NCBI GenBank assembly: GCA_030390025.1
Contig: CM059432.1
Span: forward strand, 60,762,001 to 60,826,000
Length of the DNA: 64,000 nucleotides
Source of the DNA: Squalus acanthias
Taxonomy: Eukaryota
Direction: 5' to 3'
The notes below the pieces were generated by a model. That model saw nothing but the letters and a program-made list of their open reading frames with translations. It did no database searches and was not told the origin of the DNA. Positions within the stretch are counted from its first letter, which is position 1, and every line of letters starts with the position of its first letter. Position numbers and translations under genes: made by a program. Shown here in pieces: positions 1-14,330 of the stretch.

Positions 1-190
1 CAATAAGTTGGAGGTTTATGTTTTGCACTGCCTTTAATGGCAGCTTTCAGGAGTCATAAAAATTTAAGACCTGAAGTCGTCGAAGGTGCAAGGTTCACTC
101 ACTTATATTGTTGGGAGTAAGGCAAAGGCCTCCGACACCAAAATATCTGCAAGACCAACATGTTTGTCTTTTGACCTATTTATACTCCTT

Positions 191-936
191 GGCCCAGAAA
201 TTCCGTTCGCAGCCCTCTGGGCTGCGATTCGGAAAAATCTCCGCTTGGACCGGAGGGCTCCTGGGATGCGCACACTTCCGTTGCTAAGCCTCTTCAATCT
301 GCCGGTGTGCAGGGCACGCGTATCCCAGGGGCGTAGCTAGTTCGCAGCATCCCTGGGATCACGTGGGCCATGGGGAGCCAATCAGAGCAGGGAATCTCCA
401 TTCATAGATTTGACAGGAAGACCTGTCAAATCTATGAATAGAGATCAGCCCCAAAACATAAGTAAAACTTCAAATAATTTTTTTTTTAATCACATTTTTA
501 AAATGACTATAAATTACATAAATTAACTATTTTAAACAAAAATTAAAATTTTTGAAAAAAATAATTAAAGTTTTTAACGAGGCTAAAAATAAACTTACCT
601 TTCTTTAAAGTATTTTAAAATGTAAATCAGTGGAAACATTTTTTTTTTACTTTTTTGAACTATTAGCCTGCTAAAAGCAGGCCTTGCGCCTGCTTTTCTA
701 GGCGCAGCTGTTCCCGACTTACCTGGACTCAAGCCAGTGTGGGAAAAAACGGAAGTTTCTAACGTACGCGCTGCCTATCCGGCGCAGGCGTTTGTCCAGT
801 CAAGCCCTTTCTGCAGAGAACGGAAGTGCTGGTTTCCAGCGCATGCGCAGTTGCATGCGTAAAACCGGCACTTCCGTTGGCCCTACAGGTGAGTACACAG
901 CGCGTACACACCCGTAGGGAACGGAATTTCTAGGCC
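191..936. mobile_element. Non-autonomous DNA transposon (MITE-like)
   Basis: Terminal inverted repeats GGCCCAGAAATTCCGTT / AACGGAATTTCTAGGCC; GC-rich arms around an AT-rich core. Confidence 0.75.
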
Positions 937-2632
937 AATGGTTTCAATGGCCTTCCCTGGTAGCTTGTTCCACAACTCTAATATTAATAGTAGTAGTGTC
1001 CTTCAATCTTGTATGACGAGCGCAAACAGCAGTTGTCCAAAAACAAACCCTGCATCCCAGAGCTTTTTCTTCATTTGTCATTATCTTCTGCTTTCTATTG
1101 CCAAGTCAGAATTTAGTCCCGCTGATTTTCTTCCCCCAGAAATCACAAACCTTTGCACAGTTGGTCAATTGACCTGTTAGACAAGAGAATTAAATTGTAA
1201 GCCTCCTGTGCACAAGTTCAGTACCTGTTATGAAGGTATTTTTTGACAGCAGTATCAAACAACAGCTATCAAAACAGTCATCCAGAGGCACAGAGCCCAG
1301 CTTTACATTGCCTTTCATCACTGAATAAAATATTTACCACTGTGGCATACTGCTTAGCATCAATATAAATAGCAAAAATAAAATCTTTTATAGATCTGCA
1401 GTACCATCTGATCTAGTTATCTGATTTTTACCTTTTGGTGTGAACTATTCCTTTACTGCTCTGAATGTATTCCCTTGTTATCAAGATGAACCAACATGGT
1501 TCAAATTTATTTCACCTTTCTTCATATATTTCTTTATTTGCAGCAATAGTGGTTATTTTACTCAATGGACTAGTGATTTCAATATGTAGTTTCTTACGCT
1601 CGTAGTCATAATATTCTGCTCAGGTTGTCTCTCCTCAGTCTCCCGTTCTGGAATGTCAGGAAGCCATTGTGGGCTGCATGTAGGCCCCACTAAAAAGAAT
1701 TTAAACAACAATTGATTGCCGTTCAAATAATGGCCCACATTTAGGGAGTGGCTTTCAAATGAAGGCTGAGGCACCAAGGGCTTCGGTCAGAGGGGCCTCT
1801 TTCAATCCTGTCGGAGAGGCAAGGAGCTGCTCTGAAGTCCAGATAGGTAGGTAGGGTGGGCATCCCTGCAGCACTGCTACCTCATATTTAAATGACCTTG
1901 TCCCCAGATTTGGAATGGGGTCATGGTAGTGAAAAGTGGTGACCAAACGTTCTGCCCCTCTGCACTTCCAATGGTACAATAGTGCCACTAGAATTTCTGG
2001 GCTTATGTCTTTAATTTTGTAAATCATCATTCTTGAAATGTATTTATAATCATCATATTGGTACTTTGCAGTTTGTTCTTGATTTATTCTGCCGTAGTTA
2101 CTTAGTAGGGTGATTTACCATAGAAGCAGTAAGTGCTTCAGCACCCTGAGGAATAAAGAGTAGGAGTACAAGTGTCAAGACACATTTTATTCCAATCATC
2201 TATCCCTGTTGCAGGATATGTGGCAGATGATACATCAGCACGAACAGAAACTTTGCATATCTTCTGGGGATTCTACAGGCCACACATTTAGCCCAGCTCA
2301 ACTTCCTAACAAAGAGAAAACCTAAACTCTAAACTGCTTTTGGATTAAGATCGCAGTTTTCGCTTAATACATAAACAAATCTACATTAAACTTTAATGTG
2401 GCTTAGGCCAGTAAGTAGCCCAAGGATAGGTCTATCACCCACTGATACAGGTGTTCTGAAACCCTTTGAAAAGCTGCAGTACTTTGTGGGATTAATTAAC
2501 AATCTCTTCACAAATGACAGATCAGCATAAAATCGAAACGTGTGTAATGTTATCAAATCTCAGAAATGTACACAAAAGCAGAACACATCCATCCAAACTG
2601 GATAAAGTAATGGCTGTGTATATAAACACCAA

Positions 2633-3285
2633 GGAGGAAAAATTTGGTGGCGCCCCCATTGGGGCGCTAACTTCGCCAGGGCGCTACTTTTAGCTCCCCG
2701 GAAAAGTTAGCGCCCCTGCGCTGTAACTTCAGTGGTAGCACCCCAAGCAGGAGGCAGGGCGCTACCGGAAGCGCTCCCCCTCCTTCCTGGGGCGCTACCA
2801 TTGAATATCGCGGTGCTACCGGTGCGCCGCGGTATTGCAGGCCTCCCCTTCTGATTAAAGGCACACACCGGGGCCCTGTTGGACCACTGGGGAGCTGGGT
2901 GCCGGGAAAACAGCCCGGCATTCAAGAGTAGTGCCAGGCTGACCAATTGCGGCCGGCACCCCGCATAAAAAAGCAAAAGGGGGCAGGTGCTGGCAGGCGA
3001 CCAAAAGAAAATGGACGGCCTGCACCTACCCTTTAATTTGCGCCGTCACAGCCGCAAAAACGCCACCCTGACACCATTGGAATATCGCCGGTAGTAGGTC
3101 AGGGGCACGATCGAAGTTTACGGCCAGGGCGCTGCGCACAGAGGTGCAGCGCTGCGGGGCATTAGCGCCGCCACTAACCTCCCGCTGAATTTCGCGGGAG
3201 GCGTTAGCGGCGCCTTGCCCAGGCGCTAGGGGCTTTGCGCCCCATTAGCGCCCCCCAGGGGCACAAGCAACCCAATTTTTCCCCC
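2633..3285. mobile_element. GC-rich MITE with 3-bp TSD (PIF/Harbinger-like)
   Basis: TIRs GGAGGAAAAATT / AATTTTTCCCCC, flanked by a CAA duplication. Homologous to 22804-23575 and 12423-13095. Confidence 0.8.
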
Positions 3286-4501
3286 CAAGTATTGGAACAC
3301 AGCTAGTTTATAATGGTTTCAAAATCTCTGCACAAAATACATTTTGTTCTCATATTTAAAGATTATTATGTAAAACAGTATGTGCAGACAAACAAAAAAA
3401 AATAAAAACTGTAAAATAGGAATAGGTAACAAAATATAGAACAATAGGATTCTGTAAAATATCAGTAAAGTGAGCATAATGTTCTGTGCCTCATTCATTG
3501 CTTTTCCTCACTTCCAGTCTTGGAGGATTTTAGAGAATTCTGGTGCTGAAAACTACAATTATGTTGTTTATTTAAGTCATAAATCTTGCTGAAAACCCCA
3601 AAAGTGCAACAAAAAAAACCCAGCGTATCTAAAGGTAATCTATCATCATCATTTATTAATGCAATTTCTAATTTTGCAAAGTTATGAGAAACATTTTTCT
3701 CACTTTTTGCAAATGGTGTTCCAATCTGCTCTAGCCTCAGCAGTTGTGATTAGTGGTGTTTGTGATTCTGTGATATTACTGTGTCTGTGTTTAGAAAAAG
3801 AAGTTACTGCCGGGCTGAGATTCATGCACTAGTATATAAGCAACTCAAAAACAGAAAAGATATTTCCCCATTGTTCCTTAAAAAAAAAAGACCAATTTTA
3901 TGAATACACACTTCAGGCACAGAGCCATAGCTGCTGGGAGAAAATAATGTGGAATTGTGTTTTTATTCCATCATGTTATGGGATTTTTGCTGCTATTTTC
4001 TGGATTGAATTCTCCAATTTTGTCCATTTTTCTGTTGAAACTAAATCAGTAGCCTTGATTATTATTATATGTTCTTTTATGTATATACTCTAAAGCCTGG
4101 ATGCGCAACAAGATTGTACATAACATGTACCAGGCTGGAGGCAGGTGCCCGGCATTTAACAGCAGTGCGGAGAGGGGAGGCGATCATGGTGTTTGCAGTA
4201 TTAGAGAGGGGTTCCTGGGTTTTGATGGCACTGGGAGAGGGGTGTCTTGGAGTTTGGCAGAATTGGGGAAGGGTTCCCAGAGTTTGCCAGCATTGCAACA
4301 TGAACCGATACTTGCTTTCATCGGAAACATTTTTTTGCTTAAAATAATTCCTGAAATTTACTTCCCTTATCCACATAGCTCCATTAATTTGAATGTTTTC
4401 AATAGGAAAGTCAAAATAAAGCACAGCTGTCTGTAATTAGTCGTTGTCTTTATGAAATGTTTATACTTTACAACTAAAAAATAAAGTTTTTCAGGTAGAC
4501 A

Positions 4502-5300
4502 ATAACTTGCATTTAAATAGCACTCCTGTCGTTCGAAAGATATTTCAGATTTTAAATTGTGCAGAAGAAAAACTATTGAGAGGGAGAGAAGAGCAGGACA
4601 ATGGAATTAAGGGATGGGCCAAAAAAGCAGAGGAGAAACATTTTGAGAAGACTTTTGAAAACAGAAAAGTTAGAGGCATAGCAGAGGGATTTGGGGAGGC
4701 AGTTCCAGAGGTAGGGGCATGGTGCCTAAAAGAATGGCCATCAATAGTGGAGCATAGAGGATGGGGGTGCAGCAAGTTGACCAATGTCAGAAGAGTGAAT
4801 GGTGTGAGCAGGATATAAGGGTGAAGGAGGTCACTGAAGTAAACTGTGGCAAAGCATTTGAATGCAAGGACAAAGATTTTGAAATTGATATGGAGCAGCA
4901 CAGGGAGCCATTGGAGCCTGGCAAGAACTGAGGTGATGAAAGTGTCAGGCTTTGAGCAAGTGCATGCAGCGGCTTTCTGAATGAGTTGTAATTTATGGAG
5001 AGTGGAAGTGAGAAGGCTGGCTAGCCGAGCATTAGAAAGGGCAAGATTTGAGATGATAAAGGCATGGACTGGAGTCTTGGGAGCAGTGCGGGAGAGGTAG
5101 GGGTGAAAGTGGGAGATGTTTCAGATGTGGAAAAGAGCAGTCTTGAGATGTGCAGAAGAAAATTAAGCTCCTGTTCAAGCAATACACCAAGGTTACAAAC
5201 TGATAGACTTTGCCTGAAGTAGCAATCAGGATTTAAGGAACATAAGAGCTGATGGGAGGCATAAAGGATGGCTTCAGTTCTTTATTGAGTTGGAGGAAAT
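4502..5300 (-). mobile_element. Degenerate L2-type LINE 3' end
   Basis: ORF 4545-4901 reads INFKIFVLAFK...YFSDLLHPY, resembling the L2 ORF2 C-terminus. The tail ACTTGCATTTA.ATAGC is shared with the Deu-SINE at 10061. Confidence 0.6.
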
Positions 5301-5816
5301 TTCAACTTCTTGCTTAAAGTTCAGAGGTCGAGGCTGCCTGTTGGTCTAAAGACAAAGATGGCTTTATTTCACAAGAGCAATGTTGCTTTTCTTCATCACT
5401 CAGCTCTGGTACAGCTACCCTTTTAACTTCATCATCAATTGCTTTGTCCATCTCTGCTCTTTCATTCCTTTCCCTTGGCATCTCACTTTTTCATCCCCTA
5501 CTTAACTTCTTTATTTTCTTGTTCCCACTTTTTAGTCTCCTTGGTTTCTTCCTTCTCTTTCCTCCTTGATTTCCCTTTGATGCACTACAGTGTATGCCAC
5601 AGTTCTTATTCTTTAAAGAATATTATTCTGTCCCACTCTGCTATAGATTTTATCCTACAATATTTTCTCTTAGCTGTAATGTTTTCCTTTCTTGAATTTA
5701 TTTTGAATTTCATAGAGTTGTGGCTTTGTCCTTTCTTTCTTTCCCACTCCTTTTTTTTAACCTTTTCCTTTTTTCATCCTTTTCTTATATTAGTTTGTTT
5801 TAATTCTTTTCATAAG

Positions 5817-6056
5817 TTAATTGGCAAAAGAACCAGAGGGGAGGTGAGGATATTTTTTTAGGCAGCAAGTTGTTATGATCTGGAATTCACTGCCTGAAAG
5901 TGTGGTGGAAGCAATAGTAGCTTTCAAAGGTGAATTGTATATATAAAGAAACATTTGCAGGGCTATGGGGAAAGAACAGGGGAGTGGGACTAATTGGATA
6001 GCTCTTTCAAAGAGCCGACATAGGCACGATGGGCTGAATGGCCTCCTGTGCTGTAT
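5817..6056 (+). mobile_element. CR1 LINE 3' fragment
   Basis: WNSLPE-coding segment and the GGGCTGAATGGCCTCCTGTGCTG 3' tail typical of CR1. Confidence 0.8.
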
Positions 6057-7959
6057 AATTCTTTTCTTTCTTGCAGCAATTGCACTCCCTTGTGACAAGT
6101 GGCAGAGCAGCACTGAGCTGCCACATGGGTGGGGGGGCATATTTCAATATGTTTTTGCTATACAAATCTTATTTTGGACATTAGAAATTTCAGTTACAGA
6201 GAAAAAAAGTCAAAAAAAGAATCAGCAAGTGTTTGGAGTGATTTTATTTTATTCATAGATTCTCCTGGTTCTTCAGGATTGGTTGTTCTTAGTAGTGCCT
6301 CATTGGTAGTTTTCTAGTTGCTTTCCACACTTCTGATTTGTGCATTCCCTACCTTCTCAATTCTGAGTTACTGTAATTATATTTGAAGCCAATCGACACA
6401 AGAGTGTGATGCCCAAAGTGTGATGATTGCATGATGTGTGCCCAGACATGTATTTGTGATATTATATAAATAGGTATAGATATATAGTTACAGATATATA
6501 GACAGAGTTATCTCTTTCTCATTTATAATTTTCACCTTAGAAAATGGTTTGTAAAATTTCCTAAACTACTACAAAAAGGGAGATTTATGTTCCCTCTCTG
6601 TATATTCTTCCCTACATTAGTAAACGTTATATTGTCACTTCAGTGAAAATCCATTAACAGACTTTAACAAATATTGGTAAATTACATTCTGTTGTCAGAT
6701 ACTTGTTTGCTTTGGAACTGTTCACATGTCAGTGCAATAAGTGACAAACTCTTTAATGGATTTTTGGATGGTACATTGCATTGGTGATCCACAACTGAGA
6801 TTCTCAGTGAGATTCCCATTTCAGCCATACCATAATGGGGAGTTAGTGAGCAGAATACCAGCACATTATCAATAGGAAGGTGAGAAAATCAGATGGCTGC
6901 CTGCTAGCTACAGACTGACATTGGTAGGTGTCTTGGACCAGGTTAGTCATCCTACCTCTAGGCTGGAGATGATGTAAAATGATGCAAAAAAATGTAAGGC
7001 AACATTCCAAAAAAAAGTTCAAAAAATTTGTGCAGAATTTTTATCAAATTGGAGATCATCTCATTAGTATCACAAAACAGCATGTTGAGACCCATCATCT
7101 TGTTCACTCGTGTCTCTAAACATTTTGTCCTTGAAACCTACTTTCTTCCCTCAATAGCACAAATATCTAATCAAACTCTGGTTACTTTCAGAAATGGTTA
7201 TACAGCGAGCACCGTGCATATCCCAGCTGGAATCTGGTGCAGCTTCAGTGGAGACCTAATTCAGCAACTTATTTTAACTATAAAACTTTTATTTGCACAG
7301 CAGAGCACTTGGTCTTATTTTTTTTACAATATGAAAAAAAACATTGGCTCCTTAAATATGCAAATTTGGGTCCTACGCTGATTGTAGAATCCTGAGTGTG
7401 AAATTCAGGTACAAATGGACAGAGTTTGCTCCACTTAGTTGTACCAGATGTTGAGTGGCCTAACCAGCGATCATTAAAGGGCTGCTCAAATAAAGGTCCA
7501 GAAAATTTTCAGTTTTTATTTTTGTGGGCTCAAGAGAAACAGAAATGCCCCACAAAAAAACTCCATACCACTGCCGGTGCATTAAAGGCTGCCCCTTGTA
7601 ATCACCTTCGCTCCCTCCCCCCAGACCTGGTGTAGGAGCCAGCTGATTACCGTCCGGAAATGCAGGAGGGCAGCATTTAAATGAGCCCCAATACTGAATT
7701 TGGCTCAGCTCACTTGCTATTTCCCTTGGCTTTTGCTAGAATCGCACTGTGCTTCTGTCGCCAATATTATAAAGTGAGCACTGCAGAGACGGTTATTATG
7801 CGCTGACAAAAAAAAAAATCAGCATTTAAAGGAGACTGGTGATTTTGGTTGTAAATTAGATCAGCAACTTCTTGTTATTATTTCTTGATAGGTTATTTTG
7901 TAGGTTTGGGCTAAGAATTTTGGCTCAGATATTTTTAGTTGCTGCAATTATAATTTGCA

Positions 7960-8600
7960 AAGTGGGCATTTCAATGGAGCTCCCATTATTTCTGTGTTAT
8001 TTTGAAGAAGAGGAGGAGGAAAGGAACTATTCCAGGCAAATGAGGCTCCTGTTGAGATGGACAACCCACACCCATTGTTACCCAAAGACGCCCCCACATA
8101 TCACCTATCTTGGCAGGTCTGAGGAAAACTGTCTTTGCAGGTTACACTTCACTTGAGCAGCAATGTCAGAGTTGGGCTGTCTGCTGGAAACAATCTCCAC
8201 CACAGGAGTGGCAATGCCAGTAGCTATCAAGGTCACCATGTCCTATACTTTTATGTTCTGGCTCATTCCAAGCTGTCACATCAGCAACATCAGTCAATCT
8301 GCAGTTCACAGATATATCAAGCAGTTCGACAGGGCAAACAATTTCTTCACTTTCCCTTTAGTCAAACCAGAGCAGAATGAGAGGGTACATTTTTTTTCGG
8401 ATAGCAGGATTCCCCACAAAATCAAGGGAGTCATTGATGGCAACAATGTGGCCCAATGAGGTCCTGCACACAATTCTTTTATCTTCATTAACCACAAATG
8501 TTTAACATACAGATCATCTATGGCCATCAATGTAGGATCATGCAAGAGAGAGAGAAAATGAATATCCACTTCCCAGCAAACACTCCTGACACCTTTTTAA
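7960..8600 (+). pseudogene. Degraded PIF/Harbinger (HARBI1-like DDE) transposase remnant
   Basis: Fragments TYLGRSEENCLCRLHF, AMPVAIKVT, ISQSAVHRYIKQ, FFTFP and KGVIDG follow the Harbinger transposase motif order, with frameshifts and stops. Confidence 0.7.
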
Positions 8601-10060
8601 AGGAGTCACAGTGCCAGGATTAGTAAAGCCATCACTATCTGTTTTTGCACTTGTACTCTCTCCTGTAACTCACCCACTGGGGTGGTCATACCTCTGCTGA
8701 TACTTGGAGCAGAAGGCATGAGTGATGTAGGATGGTGTGAACTGCTATCTTCTTTGGAGGCACCGCTTCGTATGGCACAACTATACAAAGTGAAGAGCAA
8801 CATATGTTAGAATGTAGCTGCATGACACCCTTTCAAATATTTATCACATAAAAGTAGACTCTGTCATATGGGATTGCGGGGCAGCAAGTGAGGAGGTTGA
8901 GAAGGAAGAACTTGAAAAGAATGGTATTCGCTCTGGAAAAGGCCTCCAACTTCACCCTCCTCTGTTCTCCCTCTGCTTTCTGGTCTAAGGATCTTTAAGG
9001 TAACATCTGCAAATGCACTCATGGGTTTAATGTTCCTCATCCCTTCTGTATGTTATGCAAGCAGAGAAATAGAATACCAACATATGAAAATATCAGGTAG
9101 GAAAAGACCAGATGGTCCGTTTGGTTTGTCCCGCACATGCCTTATGCAGGAGAGGAGGAGAAAAAGTACATAGATCTGTATCTGCAGCCTTCATTGCACA
9201 GTTGATTTGTACAAAAAAAATAATTACAGGTGAAGGAAGGAATTTATTCAAAAACAAATTGTCGTTTCTTTTTGTCTTTACCCTATTTATTTTGTCGTGG
9301 GAAATTAAACGAAAAATTATGCCGCTTATGTTGAAAAAATTAAGGATTATCCTCTATGAAAAGATTATTATAAAGCAGACCGAGGAAAAGGTCAAACAGA
9401 TTTTTGCCAAAAAGGTTCTTAAAGGAACAACTGCCCATTTTGATTTCCTCTTCTGGATATGCTACCTTGTCTGCGGCATGCAGAATATACAGTACCCTTT
9501 AGCAATGTCATGATGAAGACTGTGGAAAAAAGATGTATTCCTTATCAGTTTGAAAACAGAGCGAAGGCATGATACCCATGATAGGAAGTTAATACCCACC
9601 AAGGAAGTACTTGTCTGACTTCACTGGAGCTCATTTATTTCACAACTTACTGAGAAAATGGAGGACGGACAGGTATCTGTAGAGATGATCTGCAAAAGGG
9701 AATGTTTTAAAAATAAGATATCACTCACTATCTGGCCTACACCTAAGGAAAAGTAGTTGCCTCTCACATGCAGTGTCCTACAGTTACCTTCTTATTTAAC
9801 ACAACAGACTTATTATCCATAATTAAATTATACAATTGGGTATACCCAGTAAATTTCAATAAAATAATTAAATAGATTTTCAGACATATTAGGGCAGATT
9901 TTCAAACCAGTCATTCATATCCTTTAGATGTATAGTCGGCTTAACCAATCAGAAAATTAGACCACTCTTTATTACACTAGTTCTCCGCTCATTTTTCACC
10001 TCACCTGATCCGATCTGGCACCATAACTTCTAATGGGTGCAGGAAACATGAGTTTTGAAA

Positions 10061-10428
10061 AAGAAAGAAAGACTTGCATTTATATAGCGCCTTTCACGAC
10101 CACCGGACGTCTCAAAGCGCTTTACAGCCAGTGAAGTACTTTTTGAAGTGTAGTCACTGTTATAATGTGGGAAACGCGGCAGCCAATTTGCACACAGCAA
10201 GCTCCCACAAACAGCAATGTGATAATGACCAGATAATCTGTTTATTTTGTTATGTTGGTTGAAGGATAAGTATTGGCCAGGACACCGGGGATAACTCCCC
10301 TGCTCTTCTTCGAAATAGTGCCATGGGATCTTTTACGTCCACCTGCGAGAGCAGACAGGGCCTCGGTTTAACGTCTCATCCGAAAGACGGCACCTCCGAT
10401 AGTGCAGCACACCCTCAGCTCTGCACTG
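10061..10428 (-). mobile_element. Deu-domain SINE (SacSINE1/AmnSINE-related), 5' truncated
   Basis: The reverse complement contains GGAGGTGCCGTCTTTCGGATGAGACGTTAAACCGAGGCCC...GTAAAAGATCCCATGGCACTATTTCGAAGAAGAGCAGGGG (Deu core) and a TGCAAGTCTTTCTTTC tail. Confidence 0.85.
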
Positions 10429-11924
10429 AGGATGGATGCATATAAGTGATGGCAAAAATAACAAATGGACATGATTTTCCATAATTTCTACTAATTTAGT
10501 GCTGTTTTGATTACCTACCCATATAAACTGGGTGTTCAGGGATACAGGGTGCTGAGCAGTGTATGGAAGTAGGTTTAAAGAGCCCAGTAAGAAGAATTAT
10601 CAGGCAATTCTCAATAGTTTTTCTTTGTTGTTTTTTCTATTATCCCTTAGATGTTCCAAAACCTTTGCGACAATTGCCATGGTGCAGTCTTTTTTCACAA
10701 CAGCTGACAAAGTGATGCGGTGGTTTTTCCCCATGGGAACCCCCCACGTCTGAGAGAAAAGAACAATCATTGAGGGAAGTCAAGCATTTCAAGCTGCACC
10801 ACATGCACTCAACACAGGATAATTTATGGTCAGAGGCACACTCACCTCCTTTTATTACTGTGAAAATGTGCCCACTGCATCAACATTCCTGCCTACATCT
10901 TTCCCATGACTTCAACTGATATGCTATCACCTACAGTACATTCCCTTTTCAATACATGTCACAAACCTCCTATTCATGGTACCTGATGAAACCACCTCTC
11001 AAGCATTAGCAGCAGCATTCTGCACATATAACTTTAGTGCAACCATAACGTTAATAACTAGACAATGTGTGGCTCTACTGTTTTCTACTACATGCTCACC
11101 TTGGTGACAGTGTATGATGTAAATGCTCTTAAACCTAGCTTTGTGCTTATTTTAGATCATGTCTCAGTGGCAGGAATATATGAGGTGGTCAGTTGCTATA
11201 TGTGAGTAGGAGCCTCTTGGGATTGAAGTGACCCTTGCTTCCTGGCATCAGAGTCCTGAGACTGACCTATTGCACGCTGTGGCTCTTCCACTATGCGTGA
11301 GCAGCTGAGCCCAGTATGGTTTCTTCCACTGTGCACACATCAGAGGGGACTGGCAGGAGCGTCCAGATATGCTGACATCCTGGGATACAACACCATCATC
11401 CATTCCCATTCCAGCCATAACTTGCTGGCGGGCAGCAAGGCCACTGGTCTAAGTGACAGCAGACGTAGTGGTACCAGTGAGATCAGTGAAGCTCTCTCTC
11501 AGGGTTATCTGTAACTGATCCACAATCATGTCAAAGCTGGAAGAGATAACTCGTTTCAATCTGGCAGCCCAGCTCTCTATGGTAGCAGACCGTGGAAAAA
11601 GCTCCAACTGCCCTTAGGTGCTCCAATGCCAAGTTGCCATGCATTCCATTGTGAACTGTAATGTTGCAAAACCATCCTGAAAGGCAGCTGAGTAGACTCC
11701 TATACCCAAGCCACTATCTGTGGCACTTTCCCCGATACCTGTACTAATCCTTGATGCTCAAAGGCATCCTTCTTTTAGAAGCAGATACCATGAGGTCCGG
11801 ACCCTCATCTCAGCGGCTGAGGCAGGATGCAAGTTGGCACTCCAGACAGCAAGTCCCTCTGTCTCCAGTGCACGTTCCGTTTTTACACAGGCCTGACTGC
11901 TATTGTTGAACTGATGCCTTGTTG

Positions 11925-12412
11925 CGATGCTTTGGTGAGACCACACCTGGAGTACTGTGTACAGTTTTTGTCTCCATACCTAACGAAGGATATACCTGCC
12001 TTTGAGGCGTTGCAACGAAGGTTCACTAGATTGGTTCCTGGGATGAGAGGCTGGTCTTATGAGGAGAGATTGAGGGGATTGGCCCTATACTCTCTGGAGT
12101 TTATAAGAATGAGAAGTGATCTCATTGAAACATACAAGATTCTGAGAGGGCTTGTCAGGGTTGATGCTGAGAGGCTGTTTCCCCTGGCTGGAGATGAGGA
12201 GAAACTTCTTCACTCAGAGGTTTCTGAATCTTTGGAATTGTTTAGTATAGTCAAGACTGAGATCACTAGAATTTTTCACTCTAAGGGAATCAAGTGATAT
12301 GGGGATCTGGCGGGAAAGTGGAGCGAATGTCGAAGATCAGCCATGATCTTATTGAATGGCGGAGCAGGTTCAAGGGGCCGTGTGGCCTACTCCTGCTCCT
12401 ATTTCTTATGTT
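11925..12412 (+). mobile_element. CR1 LINE 3' fragment
   Basis: LVRPHLEYCVQF...RRFTRLVPG plus a CR1 3' tail. Confidence 0.9.
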
Positions 12413-12422
12413 CTTATACTAT

Positions 12423-13095
12423 GGGGGAGAAATTCCCCTCCTTTGCGCCTCCTGTGGGGCGCGCTAATGGGGCGCAAAGGCCTTTTCGACCAGGCGTGGC
12501 ACTGACCTTGCCTCCTGCCAAATTTGACGTGAGGTTAGCGGTGGTACTACGGGGTTGTGCCCCGATCTCCTGCGCCCGGAGATCATGATGTCATCTCCGG
12601 GCGCATCCCCCTGGTAGCGCCCCGGCACAAAAATTCCCCTTCGCCCTCTGCAGCAGCGCCGGGCGATGGCAGCGACTGCTGCAGGGGACGTGAGCAGGGC
12701 AGCCGGCCGCAAGCGGGGCGCTATTTAAAGTTGAGGTGGCTGGCCACCTTGAAAAAAATGTCGGATTTTAAAAAAAACTTTTTTTTTGTGCCTCCGGACG
12801 CGGGATCCGTGCCGCAATTGGTCAGCCCGGCACTCTGCTTGAGCGCTGGGATGATCGCGTGCGCCCCACCCCCCTTCCCGGTGGTCCAGGTAAGTTAAAA
12901 AAAAACTGCAGAGTTTTAATTCCCTTTAATTCAGGGAAGAGCCCCAGCAACGCGGCAGCGCTACACCTGTGTCGCGCTGCTGAGCCGTGCGCCCCGGGTC
13001 ATGAACTTCCCCCCCCCCCCCTCTTGCGCTCCAAGAAGGAAGCGGAGCGCTTGATTTAGCACTCCACTTCCCTCTTGGAGCAAAAATGGGAATTT
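12423..13095. mobile_element. GC-rich MITE, same family as 2633-3285, inverted orientation
   Basis: GGGGGAGAAATT terminus; the GGGGCGCTAATGGGGCGCAAAG arm is the reverse complement of the ends of the other copies. Confidence 0.7.
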
Positions 13096-14330
13096 CAGAG
13101 AGGCTGGAAGAGGTTAGCGCCTGGCTCTATATGGCTCACCCAAAGTGTACCCTTCTAGATCACTTTTCTAAATCCACCAGGATGGGTGTACCTGATGAGC
13201 TTGTATTTAGGAGGGAGGAAGGAGTGAATGACACTGTGTGCTGTGGAGTGTTGGCATGGCTGATATACTGAAAATGAAAGAACAGAAAGGAAAAGAACTT
13301 GCATTTATATAACGCCTTTCACGACCTCGGTACTGTGCTGACTCATGGCTTACCTTCAGGCATACCTAGAGAAAGAGAAGAGGAAGACAGGCTATAATGG
13401 CATCGTAATGAACAGCCTTCACATACCGCTATCGCTCAAAGGATTGACATGATAAATGGCTTTAGTTGACACTTTGCTTTGAATGAGAGAATAGGATGAG
13501 GAAGAAGAGCAGCAAAAGTTGCTAATGAACACTTAACTGGCAGAAAACCCCCTACTTCCTCATCTACATCAGTCTCTATGGCTTCACTTCCCAGAACCTT
13601 GAAGGTTTCTTACACATATGGGCCAGTGGTGTGAAATTAGGGGGTTCTCCTCCAAGAACGGATCTCTCATAGGCATTATGGGTAGTCTTCTCCTGCAACA
13701 AGAGTCAAGAGAATTTCCAATTGTTAATTGTGAATTAACACCTAAATGTCAGCATGCAGCCTATATTTGGTGTGATGTTATGTACATGTAACATTGAGCT
13801 ACATTAGGTGGGAGGATTCTTTTCATCTGGCTGCTTGCAAGGCTATGAGTGAATAAACACGTTCAGCTGAGGATTGGGGTGTAGAGGGCACCCCGCTGTC
13901 TCATGGACATTTATTGTAAGATTTGAGGAGGAGAGTAATTTAAGTGCCATAAATGCTTACTAAACTAGTAATAGAAGGCTATGGTGGTTTCTCCTTTCTT
14001 GGCTCCTTTCTTGAACTTTCTTCTGCACTGCTTCCATATATGTGGTGTTTTGGAGGAGACGTTGAACAGGTAGTGACTGCCTCACATTTGACCTTGATGC
14101 ACTCCACACCGCGAGAAAAATCCTAACAGCTCCATAAAAGATCCAGGCCGTGCGTGACCTGCTGCACTCTTTACAGATGTACTTTTACGTAGAAGCTTGC
14201 TCTTTCCCGAATTTAAAAAAAATCTGGATTGCTGCTCTGTTAAGCTGCTGCGGACCTCTAAATCCTGCAGCAGTGCACGAAATTTCCACCCCCAGTGAGT
14301 AAGCTGCCAATCACAGGTGACTCCACACTA

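Noticed and set aside
5439..5861. Hydrophobic Phe/Leu/Ser-rich ORF
   Set aside because: Translation of a pyrimidine-rich low-complexity tract.
9112..9513. 133-aa ORF with a faint MADF-like VEKIKDYPL in another frame
   Set aside because: Stops in the relevant frame, no splice support, and similarity too weak to call by eye.
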